A stretch of DNA of 64,000 nt from Anaerolineae bacterium (lineage in GTDB: Bacteria; Chloroflexota; Anaerolineae; Anaerolineales; UBA4823), in contig JBGOXS010000005.1 in assembly GCA_041479245.1 (NCBI GenBank), positions 1,932-65,931 of the forward strand, read 5' to 3'. Under the pieces are notes generated by a model. That model worked only from the letters and a program-made list of their open reading frames with translations, was not told the DNA's origin and did no database searches. Below are positions 18,709-27,585 of the stretch, piece after piece; position 1 is the stretch's first letter; each line of letters starts with the position of its first letter. Made by a program: the position numbers and the translations under genes.

Positions 18709-19083
18709 ATGAAACTTAACATTTTCATGACGATCGCAGCGATCATTGCGCTGATATTTGGCTTGGGATTCATCATTGCACCGGCTACTTCGCTGCAACC
18801 TTATGGAACCACCACAGATCTGACCGGTGAATTTTTAGGCCGTTATCTTGGAGCCAGTCTAGTTGGGCTGGCATTCGTGATCTGGCTCACAAGGAATGCA
18901 GAACCTTCCGAAACCCGGAAGGGATTGCTGACCGGACTTTTCGTCACGATGCTGCTGGGATTTGTGGTTGCCCTATACGACAAATTCGCAGGTTCTGGAA
19001 ATGCCCTGATCTGGTTAAATGTGGCTATCTACCTGCTTCTGGCGTTAGGGTTTGGATATTTCGCATTTATGAAAAAGGATTAA
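18709..19083 (+). CDS. Small integral membrane protein (4 TM), function unknown
   Basis: AAGGAGG RBS before the ATG, four hydrophobic segments, followed by a terminator. Confidence 0.6.
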   Translation: MKLNIFMTIAAIIALIFGLGFIIAPATSLQPYGTTTDLTGEFLGRYLGASLVGLAFVIWLTRNAEPSETRKGLLTGLFVTMLLGFVVALYDKFAGSGNALIWLNVAIYLLLALGFGYFAFMKKD

Positions 19084-19107
19084 CGGAAGAGAAATAATCA
19101 ATCACCT

Positions 19108-19141
19108 TCCCGCCACGCAAGCCCGGCGGGAATTTTTATTT
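19108..19141 (+). terminator. Rho-independent terminator (usable from both convergent genes)
   Basis: Stem ttcccgcc/ggcgggaa followed by TTTTTATTTT. Confidence 0.65.
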
Positions 19142-19152
19142 TCTGGTAATTT

Positions 19153-19854
19153 TTATGCTGACCTGCTTCTCTCATCCGCAGGTAGACGGGAGTACTTCGA
19201 TTTTTTATTGGCGTAGCGGATGAAAGCTACGGTGTCGTACAGCCCGTGGCAGAACATAATCGCCCACAAGTTGTACCCACTGATGACAAACAACGCACCG
19301 AATAGGACTGATAGCTGGGTTATGATGAAGGCGGCACGCGGTCCCTGGTAGAGGTGCATAAGACCGGCTCCCAGCGCAGCAACACACACAGCTATGGCTG
19401 CCGCGATTGTTCCTTTGAGATAAAATGAAAGCCATGACGCCAGAGAATTGAGGATGATGCCTCTGGCGATCAGCTCCTCGAGCACACCACCTAATAACCA
19501 GGCAGCTGCAATGCCAGCAAAGAGCTTGCCCCTAGACTGCTGCAGCGCACCGAACGCATCAAGCGTGGGGGGCTGAGTGAACCAGCGAGACGCCAGCTTG
19601 TCGGCCACAGGAGTATAAACGATCATCAATCCCAACCAGAAGATACCAAGACCTGCGGTAAGCAGCCAGGAATTGGGGATTCCCAGACCGATCTGCTCGG
19701 GAGTCACTACGCCGATGATGAGCCCGCCCAGGGTGAATAAACCAATACCTATCAACCCACCCAACAAGACAAGACTCGAGCGGCGGAAGAAGGCCACAAC
19801 CAGTACGAGCCAAACCAGGACCAAGATTAGCACAATTTGCTGAAAAGCAATCAC
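19153..19854 (-). CDS. CPBP family intramembrane protease
   Basis: EELIARG, MHLYQG and CHGLYD motifs in a polytopic membrane protein. Confidence 0.7.
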   Translation of the reverse strand: MIAFQQIVLILVLVWLVLVVAFFRRSSLVLLGGLIGIGLFTLGGLIIGVVTPEQIGLGIPNSWLLTAGLGIFWLGLMIVYTPVADKLASRWFTQPPTLDAFGALQQSRGKLFAGIAAAWLLGGVLEELIARGIILNSLASWLSFYLKGTIAAAIAVCVAALGAGLMHLYQGPRAAFIITQLSVLFGALFVISGYNLWAIMFCHGLYDTVAFIRYANKKSKYSRLPADERSRSA

Positions 19855-20154
19855 GCGGTGTGTCCTAAAGACTTACAACCTGGTAATTCCCAAGAAATTA
19901 CTAAGGCTCTCATGCTTCATATCGTATCCCCCAATCTGGAGGTCGTCAAGCAGGGATTTACATTAGGATACAGGAAAGAGATTGAAAATAAAACTTTCCT
20001 TGATGGTTTATAGAATGTGCTGAAACATAGCAACCACCTCTCAGTAGGTACTGTTACAATTTCGCGCCTATGAAGCGGTATACCAAACCTGTGAGGTGGG
20101 GTTGGAACTCTTTTTTCTGGCCCCTTCGACCCGATTATGGCTAATTATGACCTA

Positions 20155-20361
20155 TCAAGGTTGTTTATTCGGAGAAGAAGTCTTCCTAAGGTTAGCAAAT
20201 GCCAACAACCCAGCCCCAACCACGACAACGATACCACCAATGATTGCCCACTGACTCTGCCCGGTCATAACACTGCCGCCAATTACATTGATTCCCTGTA
20301 AAAACCAGACTGCACCTACAAGGATGATCAATATACCTAAGATACTCAAGATGATTCTCAT
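20155..20361 (-). CDS. Small two-TM membrane protein
   Basis: 68 aa with two hydrophobic helices and a basic C-terminus. No recognisable family. Confidence 0.4.
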   Translation of the reverse strand: MRIILSILGILIILVGAVWFLQGINVIGGSVMTGQSQWAIIGGIVVVVGAGLLAFANLRKTSSPNKQP

Positions 20362-20644
20362 GATTTTCTATCCCTTCTCAATGGGATGGACGAGCGCCTT
20401 TCATAAACCTTAATTACATGCTAGTTTTCCGCAATCGCTCATCAAAATAATACGGATAATCAGCGCATACAGATTTTTACCAGCAACATCTCAACAGTCA
20501 TACGGAGTGCGTGACTGTCTTTCCTGCTGATAAATTATGGGCGATTAAAAACCAAGCAGATAGATCGATTTAACTTCCGCAGCTTGTAACCACCTCTCAG
20601 GGCGATCCTGAATAGTAGCAGCCTGATATTACCACGTTCTTGTA

Positions 20645-21250
20645 TTACACCTTTTGCACCATTTCCTTTGAAAATGGGCGACCTGGTGTAAGCAGCTTTA
20701 ACAGCTCAGGCTCGAATTCCAAATAAGCATCATCCGGCAAGATGTCTAATGTGTCTAGCGTCTTGCTGAAAAAGCTGCGGGCGGTGCACACCAGGACCAC
20801 ATTCAGGATGTCTTCATCGTTAAGCCCGAACCGCCGCAGAACATCTATTTCTTCCTTGCTGGTCTGCTGGGGCTCCGAGATGACCTTTTGAGCGAAAGCC
20901 ATCAGAGCGACTTCCTCGTCGGTCAGTCCTGCGTGGCGGAAGTCCTTAACGATAGCTATCAACTCGTCGGCGCTGAAGAAATTCTTGCGAAGCATTGCTC
21001 CGTGGGCAAGCATACAATAGTTGCAATGCAGCGCCATCGCGGTGGCGAAAGTAACCAGCTCATAACGGCGCAATCTCATTTTGGAACGGACCGTCCCGAT
21101 GAGCTTCTTCCAGGCATCATAGGCTTCCGGGTTTAAACTGAATGCCTTAGTGTAATTAGGAATATAGCCGTTGGCTTTCGCTTCGGCTTGATACCATTCC
21201 TGTAGTAGACCTTCGGCTTGATCTTCTGGAATCGTCCTTATTAAGGCCAT
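20645..21250 (-). CDS. Carboxymuconolactone decarboxylase/AhpD-like peroxidase-related protein
   Basis: CxxC-type motif HCNYCMLAHG in an all-helical protein of about 200 aa. Confidence 0.65.
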   Translation of the reverse strand: MALIRTIPEDQAEGLLQEWYQAEAKANGYIPNYTKAFSLNPEAYDAWKKLIGTVRSKMRLRRYELVTFATAMALHCNYCMLAHGAMLRKNFFSADELIAIVKDFRHAGLTDEEVALMAFAQKVISEPQQTSKEEIDVLRRFGLNDEDILNVVLVCTARSFFSKTLDTLDILPDDAYLEFEPELLKLLTPGRPFSKEMVQKV

Positions 21251-21280
21251 AATTTTTCTCCTAATTTGTACCTTGTATTT

Positions 21281-21613
21281 TTACAATGTGCTTTTTGAGG
21301 CTATCTTCTGATAGTCGATGAACTCGACCGGGGCGAGGCATTCTGGGTAAAGCACATCGACGAATTTCTTCACCTTAGCTGATGCGGAGTGTTGGTTGTG
21401 TGCGCTTTGATCGCGGAAAATGAAAATGTGCACGAAGCGGGTTGGATGCTCCTGGCCTTGCCAGACGTCATAACGCAGTGTGCCGGGTTCGTTCGAGCGC
21501 ACATAACCTACAAATTTGTGTATGGCAGCTTTCACCCGCTCTATAGCTTCCTGATGGATCTCGTAATGTGCCAGCTGATGGATTTCACCCACCATTTCAT
21601 CTGAGCCAGCCAT
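21281..21613 (-). CDS. Antibiotic biosynthesis monooxygenase (ABM) domain protein
   Basis: About 110 aa ferredoxin-like fold pattern (VWQGQEHPTRFVHIFIFRDQSAHNQH). AGGAGG RBS before ATG 21613. Confidence 0.55.
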   Translation of the reverse strand: MAGSDEMVGEIHQLAHYEIHQEAIERVKAAIHKFVGYVRSNEPGTLRYDVWQGQEHPTRFVHIFIFRDQSAHNQHSASAKVKKFVDVLYPECLAPVEFIDYQKIASKSTL

Positions 21614-21907
21614 ATTTTCCTCCTGCGAATTAAAAGATTCTTCTCCAGTGAAGATCAACTGAGCATATCCTCTCTCAATGAATCAGATTATCCAAACTTA
21701 GTATTAATTATAAATCTTTTTGGGATATTTATTATCTTATTCATGTCATATTTATCTTCTTTCAAATGGTGTCGAATTCATGATTATTTTCTACAGCTGA
21801 AGTATTTTGGGGAAGCCTTTTAAAAAAGTATGTTTTGTGGATTCCAGCAAGAATAATCAGCCGCTTAACAGACCATTTATGAGAAATCTTAAATCTTCTT
21901 AAACCTC

Positions 21908-21935
21908 TTGTGGATTAGAACATTTGTGCTATAAT
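21908..21935 (+). promoter_or_regulatory. Near-consensus sigma70-type promoter with extended -10
   Basis: TTGTGG, 16-nt spacer, then TGcTATAAT. The predicted TSS is about 21942, at the 5' edge of the inverted-repeat element. Confidence 0.55.
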
Positions 21936-21942
21936 AATCACA

Positions 21943-22105
21943 GAACCCCTGGCACGGGCAATGCGGAGTAAAACCTCCGCTCACCCGTGCCAAATTTATT
22001 TAACGCCAATGGGCAGCTCCGCATGCTGCCTGGATTAATCCGGCGCCCTCCCATGCCAGGGAACGAAGGCACTGCAACATCGCGATACACCCGTGCCAGG
22101 GGTTC
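21943..22105 (+). ncRNA. Candidate structured RNA / 5' leader (alternative: MITE-like inverted-repeat element)
   Basis: A perfect 16-bp long-range inverted repeat, gaacccctggcacggg (21943-58) / cccgtgccaggggttc (22090-105). It encloses hairpins gcggag/ctccgc and ggcagc/gctgcc, plus two extra internal copies of the cc(c/a)tgcc motif. Confidence 0.4.
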
Positions 22106-22206
22106 ACCTTCTAATACGTAATCACGTTCAAAGGTAAAAACATTCCATGCATATCCAAATAATCTTAGCGCTTTGCTGAATCCACCTGTTGACACATCCG
22201 ACTTTA

Positions 22207-22560
22207 ATGACCAAACCCCGCGGCGCCCCCAAAGGTAATCTCAACGCCCTCAAACATGGTTTTTACTCACGCCTATATCGCAGCGCTGAAAACAGCGAGC
22301 TTGATGTTGACCAGCTCGTAAACCTGGAAAACGAGATCACCCTGCTCAGGGTTATGATGCGACGAACAATGGAACTGGCAGACGGCATCGCTGACCTAAA
22401 AGAGGCGACACGTGTGCTAGACGCATTGGGAGCAGCATCGGGTAGACTCGCCAACCTGTTAAGAACGCAGAAGATCTTGAATGTTTCTCACACAGGGGTG
22501 GCGGATGAAATTTCAGTCGCCATCCAACAAGTCAACCAAGAATTGAGGAATAAGAAATGA
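22207..22560 (+). CDS. Putative small terminase subunit / DNA-binding protein
   Basis: N-terminal basic motif KPRGAPKGNLNALKHGFYS followed by a coiled coil. Lies upstream of TerL. The start is ambiguous (TTG 22189 or ATG 22207). Confidence 0.4.
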   Translation: MTKPRGAPKGNLNALKHGFYSRLYRSAENSELDVDQLVNLENEITLLRVMMRRTMELADGIADLKEATRVLDALGAASGRLANLLRTQKILNVSHTGVADEISVAIQQVNQELRNKK

Positions 22561-22829
22561 AAAATCAGATTTTTAATCCAATGCAAATGGGCTCACGCCC
22601 GATCACGCCAGGCACCCCCAATCCCACCTGTCCAATCCTACTGGAAGCAAAGGATGTGCTGGAAAAAGCGCACGACCTGCAGCGTGCAGTACGAAAACTA
22701 CGCCGCTCCACGCAGCGATGCGTCACCTGCCCTGAAAAAGCGGAATGCCCCACGCTGAGCTATTTCGCCCAGGCAGTGGACACCGCCATACGTGAGGTCA
22801 GGCAAGAATGGGGATTGGACAAGGAATGA
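22557..22829 (+). CDS. Hypothetical small Cys-containing protein
   Basis: ATGA overlap with the upstream ORF. Contains CVTCPEKAEC. Confidence 0.4.
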   Translation: MKNQIFNPMQMGSRPITPGTPNPTCPILLEAKDVLEKAHDLQRAVRKLRRSTQRCVTCPEKAECPTLSYFAQAVDTAIREVRQEWGLDKE

Positions 22830-22983
22830 GCCCCCTCCTAATCCAATTTTTGTCTTTGCGAGCGAGAGATATACTCGAGCAGAGCAATTCAGCTTGAACT
22901 TTTACGGTGAATGGGATAGTACGATTTTACGGCAGGAATTGATTAGTCGGGCCAGCAAAACAGTGAAAACACGAAGACACTGC

Positions 22984-23009
22984 AGGAACGCGGATTCGCC
23001 TTCCTTTTT
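22984..23009 (+). terminator. Rho-independent terminator-like hairpin inside the island
   Basis: aggaacgcg gatt cgccttcct (8/9 bp) followed by TTTT. Confidence 0.45.
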
Positions 23010-23101
23010 CGAAAATCAGCGGGAATGACCGCAATGCAAGTAATGCCCCTTCTGCCCTCACCAAATATTGGATGACTTACGGGAGAGAATAGTAGATAGA
23101 A

Positions 23102-23389
23102 ATGACGACTGACTTGGATGAATCGCAGAACAGGATCATCGCAGAACAGCTCGGGCATACATTGGACCTGATCAAGTCGGAGCTAGCCTCCACGCGGGCC
23201 GAACAGGAACACAGCACCGAGATAAGCACAATGCGTCTGGATACACTGGAACACCAAACAGCTGACTTCGAAAAACGCCTGCGCGAGCTAACTGAGAGCG
23301 CCACCCAGTTTAAGCTGCTGGTAAGCCTGGCGCTGGGTGGTGGTTTGCTTTCGCTGCTCGGGCTGGTGCGCGTGTTACTGAGACCATGA
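23102..23389 (+). CDS. Coiled-coil protein with C-terminal TM anchor
   Basis: 95 aa with heptad-like content and a hydrophobic tail, LLVSLALGGGLLSLLGLV. Confidence 0.45.
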   Translation: MTTDLDESQNRIIAEQLGHTLDLIKSELASTRAEQEHSTEISTMRLDTLEHQTADFEKRLRELTESATQFKLLVSLALGGGLLSLLGLVRVLLRP

Positions 23390-23395
23390 GCTTCC

Positions 23396-24889
23396 ATGGA
23401 CAACGGATTTATCCAGGCCTGCAAGGAGATCTTGCGTGATGTTAACCGCTTCTGTGCGGAAGCTGGTGGGATCAAGCTGCGCAGCTACCAAGAGGAAGTG
23501 GCGAAAGCAATTGTGGAATCTGCCATCCTGGGCAAGGGGCTCTCGTTTGTGGTGATTTTTCCGCGCCAATCCGGCAAGAATGAGCTCCAGGCGCAGATCG
23601 AGACTTACCTTATGTGTATGTGCAGCGTAGAACAAGCTGAAATGGTTAAGGTGTCACCGACCTGGAAGCCGCAAAGCCTTAATGCCATGAGACGGCTAGA
23701 AAAGGTGATCAAGCACAACCTGTTCAGTCGGGGAAGGTGGAAGAAAGTCTCAGGCTATATCTACCAATACGGAGGGACAATGATCCACTTCCTCAGTGGA
23801 TCCCCTACCACCTCCATCGTGGGTGCCACCGCCAGCCTACTACTCGAATGTGACGAAGCCCAGGACGTGGAGATCGCCAAGTGGGATAAGGAGATCGCCC
23901 CCATGGCAGCAAGCACAAATGCCACCCGAGTATATTGGGGCACAGCGTGGACCAGTAAGACCCTGCTCGCCCGGGAGCTCAGGGCAGCTCGCTTGGCCGA
24001 ACAGAAGGACGGCATTAGGCGGATGTGGGTATTGACCGCTGATGACGTCGGCGAAGTGGTGCCGGCTTATAAGACTTTCGTCGAAGAACAGGTCGCCAGG
24101 CTGGGACGCAATAACCCACTCGTGCGCACGCAGTATTTCAGCGAAGAGATCGACGCCGAAGGAGGCATGTTCCCCATCGGCCGGCGTGCGCTGATGATCG
24201 GTGCGCATGCTAAACAGATCGCCCCCATAACAGGTCACGTCTATGCCTTCACTATCGATGTCGCCGGTCAGGACGAAGGCGCTGCAGCTGAGCTCGAGCA
24301 ACTGCAAAACCCCAAACGTGACAGTACCGTGCTGACCATCTTCGAGCTGGAGATTCCCAACGTGGACCACATCGTCTATAAACCCATCTACAAGGTAGTG
24401 ATGCGCTTTGCCTGGCAGGGAGTTAAACACAGCCAGATATATAGTGTGATCATTGGCCTGGCTGACCTGTGGCAGCCGGTCAAGGTGATCATCGACGCCA
24501 CCGGTATTGGTGCCGGTGTGAGCAATTTTCTGGTAGATCGATTAGGCACAAAGGTACTACCGTTTGAGTTTACCTCGAAGAGTAAGTCTGACTTAGGCTG
24601 GTCTTTCCTCAGTGTGATCGAGACCGGCCGGTATAAAGATTATTCGCCGTTCGACGAAGAGATGAGCCGACAACTAGAATACTGCCAATATGTGATCATG
24701 GATGGACCAGGTAAGATCATGCGCTGGTCGGTGCCGGATGGCACCCGGGACGTGGCCACCGGTGACCTGGTGCACGATGACTATGTACTCAGTGCAGCCC
24801 TGATCGCCCTGCTCGACGACGAGACCTGGGGCACAGGTGAAAGTCATGTGATCAAACAGAAGGATATCATCGAAGAATTGAGCTTTTAA
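23396..24889 (+). CDS. terL: Terminase large subunit
   Basis: Walker A VVIFPRQSGKN, Walker B LLLECDEAQD, C-terminal nuclease-like acidic motifs (IDVAGQDEG, IIDATGIGAGV). About 500 aa. Confidence 0.85.
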   Translation: MDNGFIQACKEILRDVNRFCAEAGGIKLRSYQEEVAKAIVESAILGKGLSFVVIFPRQSGKNELQAQIETYLMCMCSVEQAEMVKVSPTWKPQSLNAMRRLEKVIKHNLFSRGRWKKVSGYIYQYGGTMIHFLSGSPTTSIVGATASLLLECDEAQDVEIAKWDKEIAPMAASTNATRVYWGTAWTSKTLLARELRAARLAEQKDGIRRMWVLTADDVGEVVPAYKTFVEEQVARLGRNNPLVRTQYFSEEIDAEGGMFPIGRRALMIGAHAKQIAPITGHVYAFTIDVAGQDEGAAAELEQLQNPKRDSTVLTIFELEIPNVDHIVYKPIYKVVMRFAWQGVKHSQIYSVIIGLADLWQPVKVIIDATGIGAGVSNFLVDRLGTKVLPFEFTSKSKSDLGWSFLSVIETGRYKDYSPFDEEMSRQLEYCQYVIMDGPGKIMRWSVPDGTRDVATGDLVHDDYVLSAALIALLDDETWGTGESHVIKQKDIIEELSF

Positions 24890-24995
24890 TTATGACAATA
24901 AACTTTGCATTTATTTTAAAATCATCCTGTAGCTTGATCCGGATTTCGCCGGCGCTCGAGCTGCGATCGTGCAATCCTGGTTGCAGGAGGACCCA

Positions 24996-25820
24996 ATGAG
25001 GACCCATGGTGTGGATGTTTCGCATTGGGAGGGCGCCATCGACTGGACCGTAGCCAGTAAGTGGGTCCCATTTGCTTACTTCAAATGCACCGATGGGATA
25101 GGGTTATTTGACAACACCTACTTATCCAACATGCGAGGCTGCCAGGCAGCTGGATTGCCTTTCGCTCCCTATCATTACTTCGAACCATCAGTCGATCCGA
25201 TCAAGCAAGCCCAGCTCTTTGTGCAACGAGCAGGTGACGTGCATGGTCGTTACATCGCTGACTTCGAGGAGCCAGGCACCAACCTGCCAGCGAAATATCT
25301 CGCTTTCCTGCAACAAGTGGAACAACTCACCGGTCGCAAGCCAGCCATCTACATACGTGCATCATTCTGGAATGAGAATGTGAAACCTCATCCCACCTGG
25401 GCACACGAGTATGAACTGCTTGTCGCTCACTACACCATCAAGCACAGTCCCATCTTGCCCATCGGGTGGGACAAGTGGATCATCTGGCAATATTGCGAAG
25501 ACAGCTACTACTTCCCAGGTTGCCAGAGTGCCTGTGATGGCAACTGGTTCAATGGCAGCATCGACCAGATGCGGCAGTGGTTTGGCAATTACAAAGAAGT
25601 GACACCCCCTCCGGCCAGGCCATACCAGCTGAGATCGTTATTCAATGGCCTACACATCAGGCAGCTGCCCAGCACTGCAGGCAAAGAACTTGGGCACCTG
25701 GCTAAGGGAGAGATCGTAGACGTGGAGGAGTTAGGCGGGCATGCTGTGTGGATCAGGCATGCCCGGGGATGGTCAGCCGTTGAGATTGAAGGTTATCGAT
25801 ACATGGAGGCAGTGAAGTGA
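24996..25820 (+). CDS. GH25 muramidase (endolysin) with C-terminal SH3-like domain
   Basis: HGVDVSHWEGAIDW is the GH25 signature. AGGAGG RBS before ATG 24996. The C-terminal 70 aa is beta-rich and SH3-like. Confidence 0.8.
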   Translation: MRTHGVDVSHWEGAIDWTVASKWVPFAYFKCTDGIGLFDNTYLSNMRGCQAAGLPFAPYHYFEPSVDPIKQAQLFVQRAGDVHGRYIADFEEPGTNLPAKYLAFLQQVEQLTGRKPAIYIRASFWNENVKPHPTWAHEYELLVAHYTIKHSPILPIGWDKWIIWQYCEDSYYFPGCQSACDGNWFNGSIDQMRQWFGNYKEVTPPPARPYQLRSLFNGLHIRQLPSTAGKELGHLAKGEIVDVEELGGHAVWIRHARGWSAVEIEGYRYMEAVK

Positions 25821-27250
25821 AAACACCTGGTTGGTTATCACGTTTATTCTTTGTGCAAAATGAATTTGACCATAACTTCACCGTCAGTCCTAACCTGGTG
25901 ACTGATGATCACTGGCAGACCATCAGCGGTCGCAGACATGACCGCAGCTGGTCAGAGATCCAGGAGCTGTATACCGATGCGCTGACTGCCTGGCGTAAGA
26001 ACCCCATGGCCTGGCGCATCATCTCGACCATGGTTAATTACGTCGTGGGATCGGGGATCAGCTTCACTTCACCGATCGGTGAGATGGATGATTTTATCAA
26101 GCGCTTCTGGCAACACAGGAAGAATCGGATGGACCTGCGCCTGGCGCCGATGTGTGAAGAGCTGGTCAGGTCCGGTGACCTGTTTGTGCTGCTGTTTAGA
26201 AATATGCTCGATGGCATGAGCTTCATTCGCTTTGTCACCAAAGACCAGATCCAGAAGATTGAAACCGCTGAGAACGATTGGGAGACTGAGCTGGTGTATT
26301 GGGAAGCTCCGCAGCCAGGCGAGTATGAACCCAGACGCTGGCTTTCCCCTGATCATCCCGAGGCCGGCATGACCGATGCCGTGATGATGCACTATTCGGT
26401 AAATCGTCCCATGGGTGCGCTCATGGGTGAGAGTGACTTGACTACGATCATCCCATGGCTGCTGCGCTACAGCCGGATGCTGGAAGACCGGGTCCGCCTT
26501 CACTGGGCTGCACGTGCGTTCTTGTATCTTGTTACTGTGCCCTCCAACAAAGTCGAAGCCAAGAGTACACAGTACAGTAGCGCACCGGAGAGCGGATCGA
26601 TCGTCGTCAAAGACGAGAGTGAAGAGTGGGAAACTATAACCCCTTCTCTCAGAGGGGCCGATGCCAGCCATGACATGAAGGCAGTACGCAACATGATCGA
26701 TGCCGGCTCAGGCTTCCCCCCGCATTGGCGGGGTGAAGGTGGTGACGTCAACGTCGCCACTGCCGAAGCCATGCAAGCCCCACCAGAAAAGCTACTGTTA
26801 AAAAGACAGCAATATTTCGTGTGGTGCTTGGAGGATATATTGTCACAAGCCTTCCTGCGTGCTGTAGAGATCGGCACTGAACCGGCCATCACTGAGACCG
26901 ACTACAATAAGATCTTCACCGTCGAGAGCCCCGACGTTTCGCTCAGAGATAACGCAGCCCTGGCTAACGCCAGCAACACCGTCGCCATGAGTTTCGCTGC
27001 CCTGCAGAATACGTTACTCGGCAAGTCGCCGACGTTACACAGGGAGGCCGTTGACCTGGTGTTCAAGTTTGCCGGTGTCACCCTCGACGATGAAGAGCTG
27101 GATAAGATCGTCACCGAAGCCCAGGCCGACCCCATTGAGCCGGTCATGTATCCAGGCATGCAGCCCAACGCAGATACAAAACCCGCCGGTAACGAGCCAG
27201 GTGCAGAGACCGCACCTGCGCAACCGGCTAATTCTGACCAAGGAGAATGA
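25817..27250 (+). CDS. Putative portal protein
   Basis: 477 aa with an acidic/Pro-rich C-terminus. Called on size and position between terminase and capsid genes. Start overlaps the lysin stop. Confidence 0.6.
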   Translation: MKTPGWLSRLFFVQNEFDHNFTVSPNLVTDDHWQTISGRRHDRSWSEIQELYTDALTAWRKNPMAWRIISTMVNYVVGSGISFTSPIGEMDDFIKRFWQHRKNRMDLRLAPMCEELVRSGDLFVLLFRNMLDGMSFIRFVTKDQIQKIETAENDWETELVYWEAPQPGEYEPRRWLSPDHPEAGMTDAVMMHYSVNRPMGALMGESDLTTIIPWLLRYSRMLEDRVRLHWAARAFLYLVTVPSNKVEAKSTQYSSAPESGSIVVKDESEEWETITPSLRGADASHDMKAVRNMIDAGSGFPPHWRGEGGDVNVATAEAMQAPPEKLLLKRQQYFVWCLEDILSQAFLRAVEIGTEPAITETDYNKIFTVESPDVSLRDNAALANASNTVAMSFAALQNTLLGKSPTLHREAVDLVFKFAGVTLDDEELDKIVTEAQADPIEPVMYPGMQPNADTKPAGNEPGAETAPAQPANSDQGE

Positions 27251-27585
27251 TCATGGACTTAAGCACGTTTACCCTAAACCCTCTCACCCTGGCTTTATTG
27301 ATCCTCGGTATCGTAGAGTTTATCAAGAAGTTTGGGCTGAGCGGTAACAAGCTCTTGCTTGTTTCAATGGCTGTGGGTGTCTTGTTCGGACTTGTCTACA
27401 AGTTCCACGAAGTTTACCCACCTCTCGAACAGTACATTGAGCTGGTCTTCTTCGGCATCGCAGCCGGATTGTGCGCCAGCGGGATTTACTCGTTCGTCAA
27501 TAATCGTTTCCCTGTACAGACCAAGGCCACTCTGAAGTACACCAAGATCGTGCAGACGAAACCATCAGATAAGGAGGTCCAGTAA
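27247..27585 (+). CDS. Holin-like three-TM membrane protein
   Basis: 112 aa with three hydrophobic helices and a charged C-terminus. ATGA overlap with the portal stop. Confidence 0.5.
   Translation: MIMDLSTFTLNPLTLALLILGIVEFIKKFGLSGNKLLLVSMAVGVLFGLVYKFHEVYPPLEQYIELVFFGIAAGLCASGIYSFVNNRFPVQTKATLKYTKIVQTKPSDKEVQ

Noticed and set aside
20138-20154. 17-nt exact match, atggctaattatgacct, shared with 57418-57434.
   Set aside because: Roughly 0.2 such matches are expected by chance in a 64-kb window on both strands. The two contexts are unrelated: the 3' end of a minus-strand gene versus the start codon of a plus-strand gene.
21949-21964. Sigma-54-like promoter, cTGGCACGggcaATGC, inside the 5' arm of the inverted repeat.
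   Set aside because: The -12 element is ATGC rather than TTGC. The motif is part of a four-copy repeat, there is no enhancer-binding protein nearby, and I cannot tell whether the organism has sigma-54. It is probably coincidental.
21938-22195. 85-aa minus-strand ORF covering the inverted-repeat element upstream of the phage island.
   Set aside because: It translates the palindromic repeats, has no RBS and no domain. The promoter plus stem structure on the plus strand explains the region better.
22792-23028. 78-aa plus-strand ORF (GTG start) filling the 270-nt gap inside the island.
   Set aside because: It overlaps the end of the preceding ORF in another frame, has no RBS, and runs through the terminator-like hairpin at 22984-23009. 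I kept the gap as non-coding.
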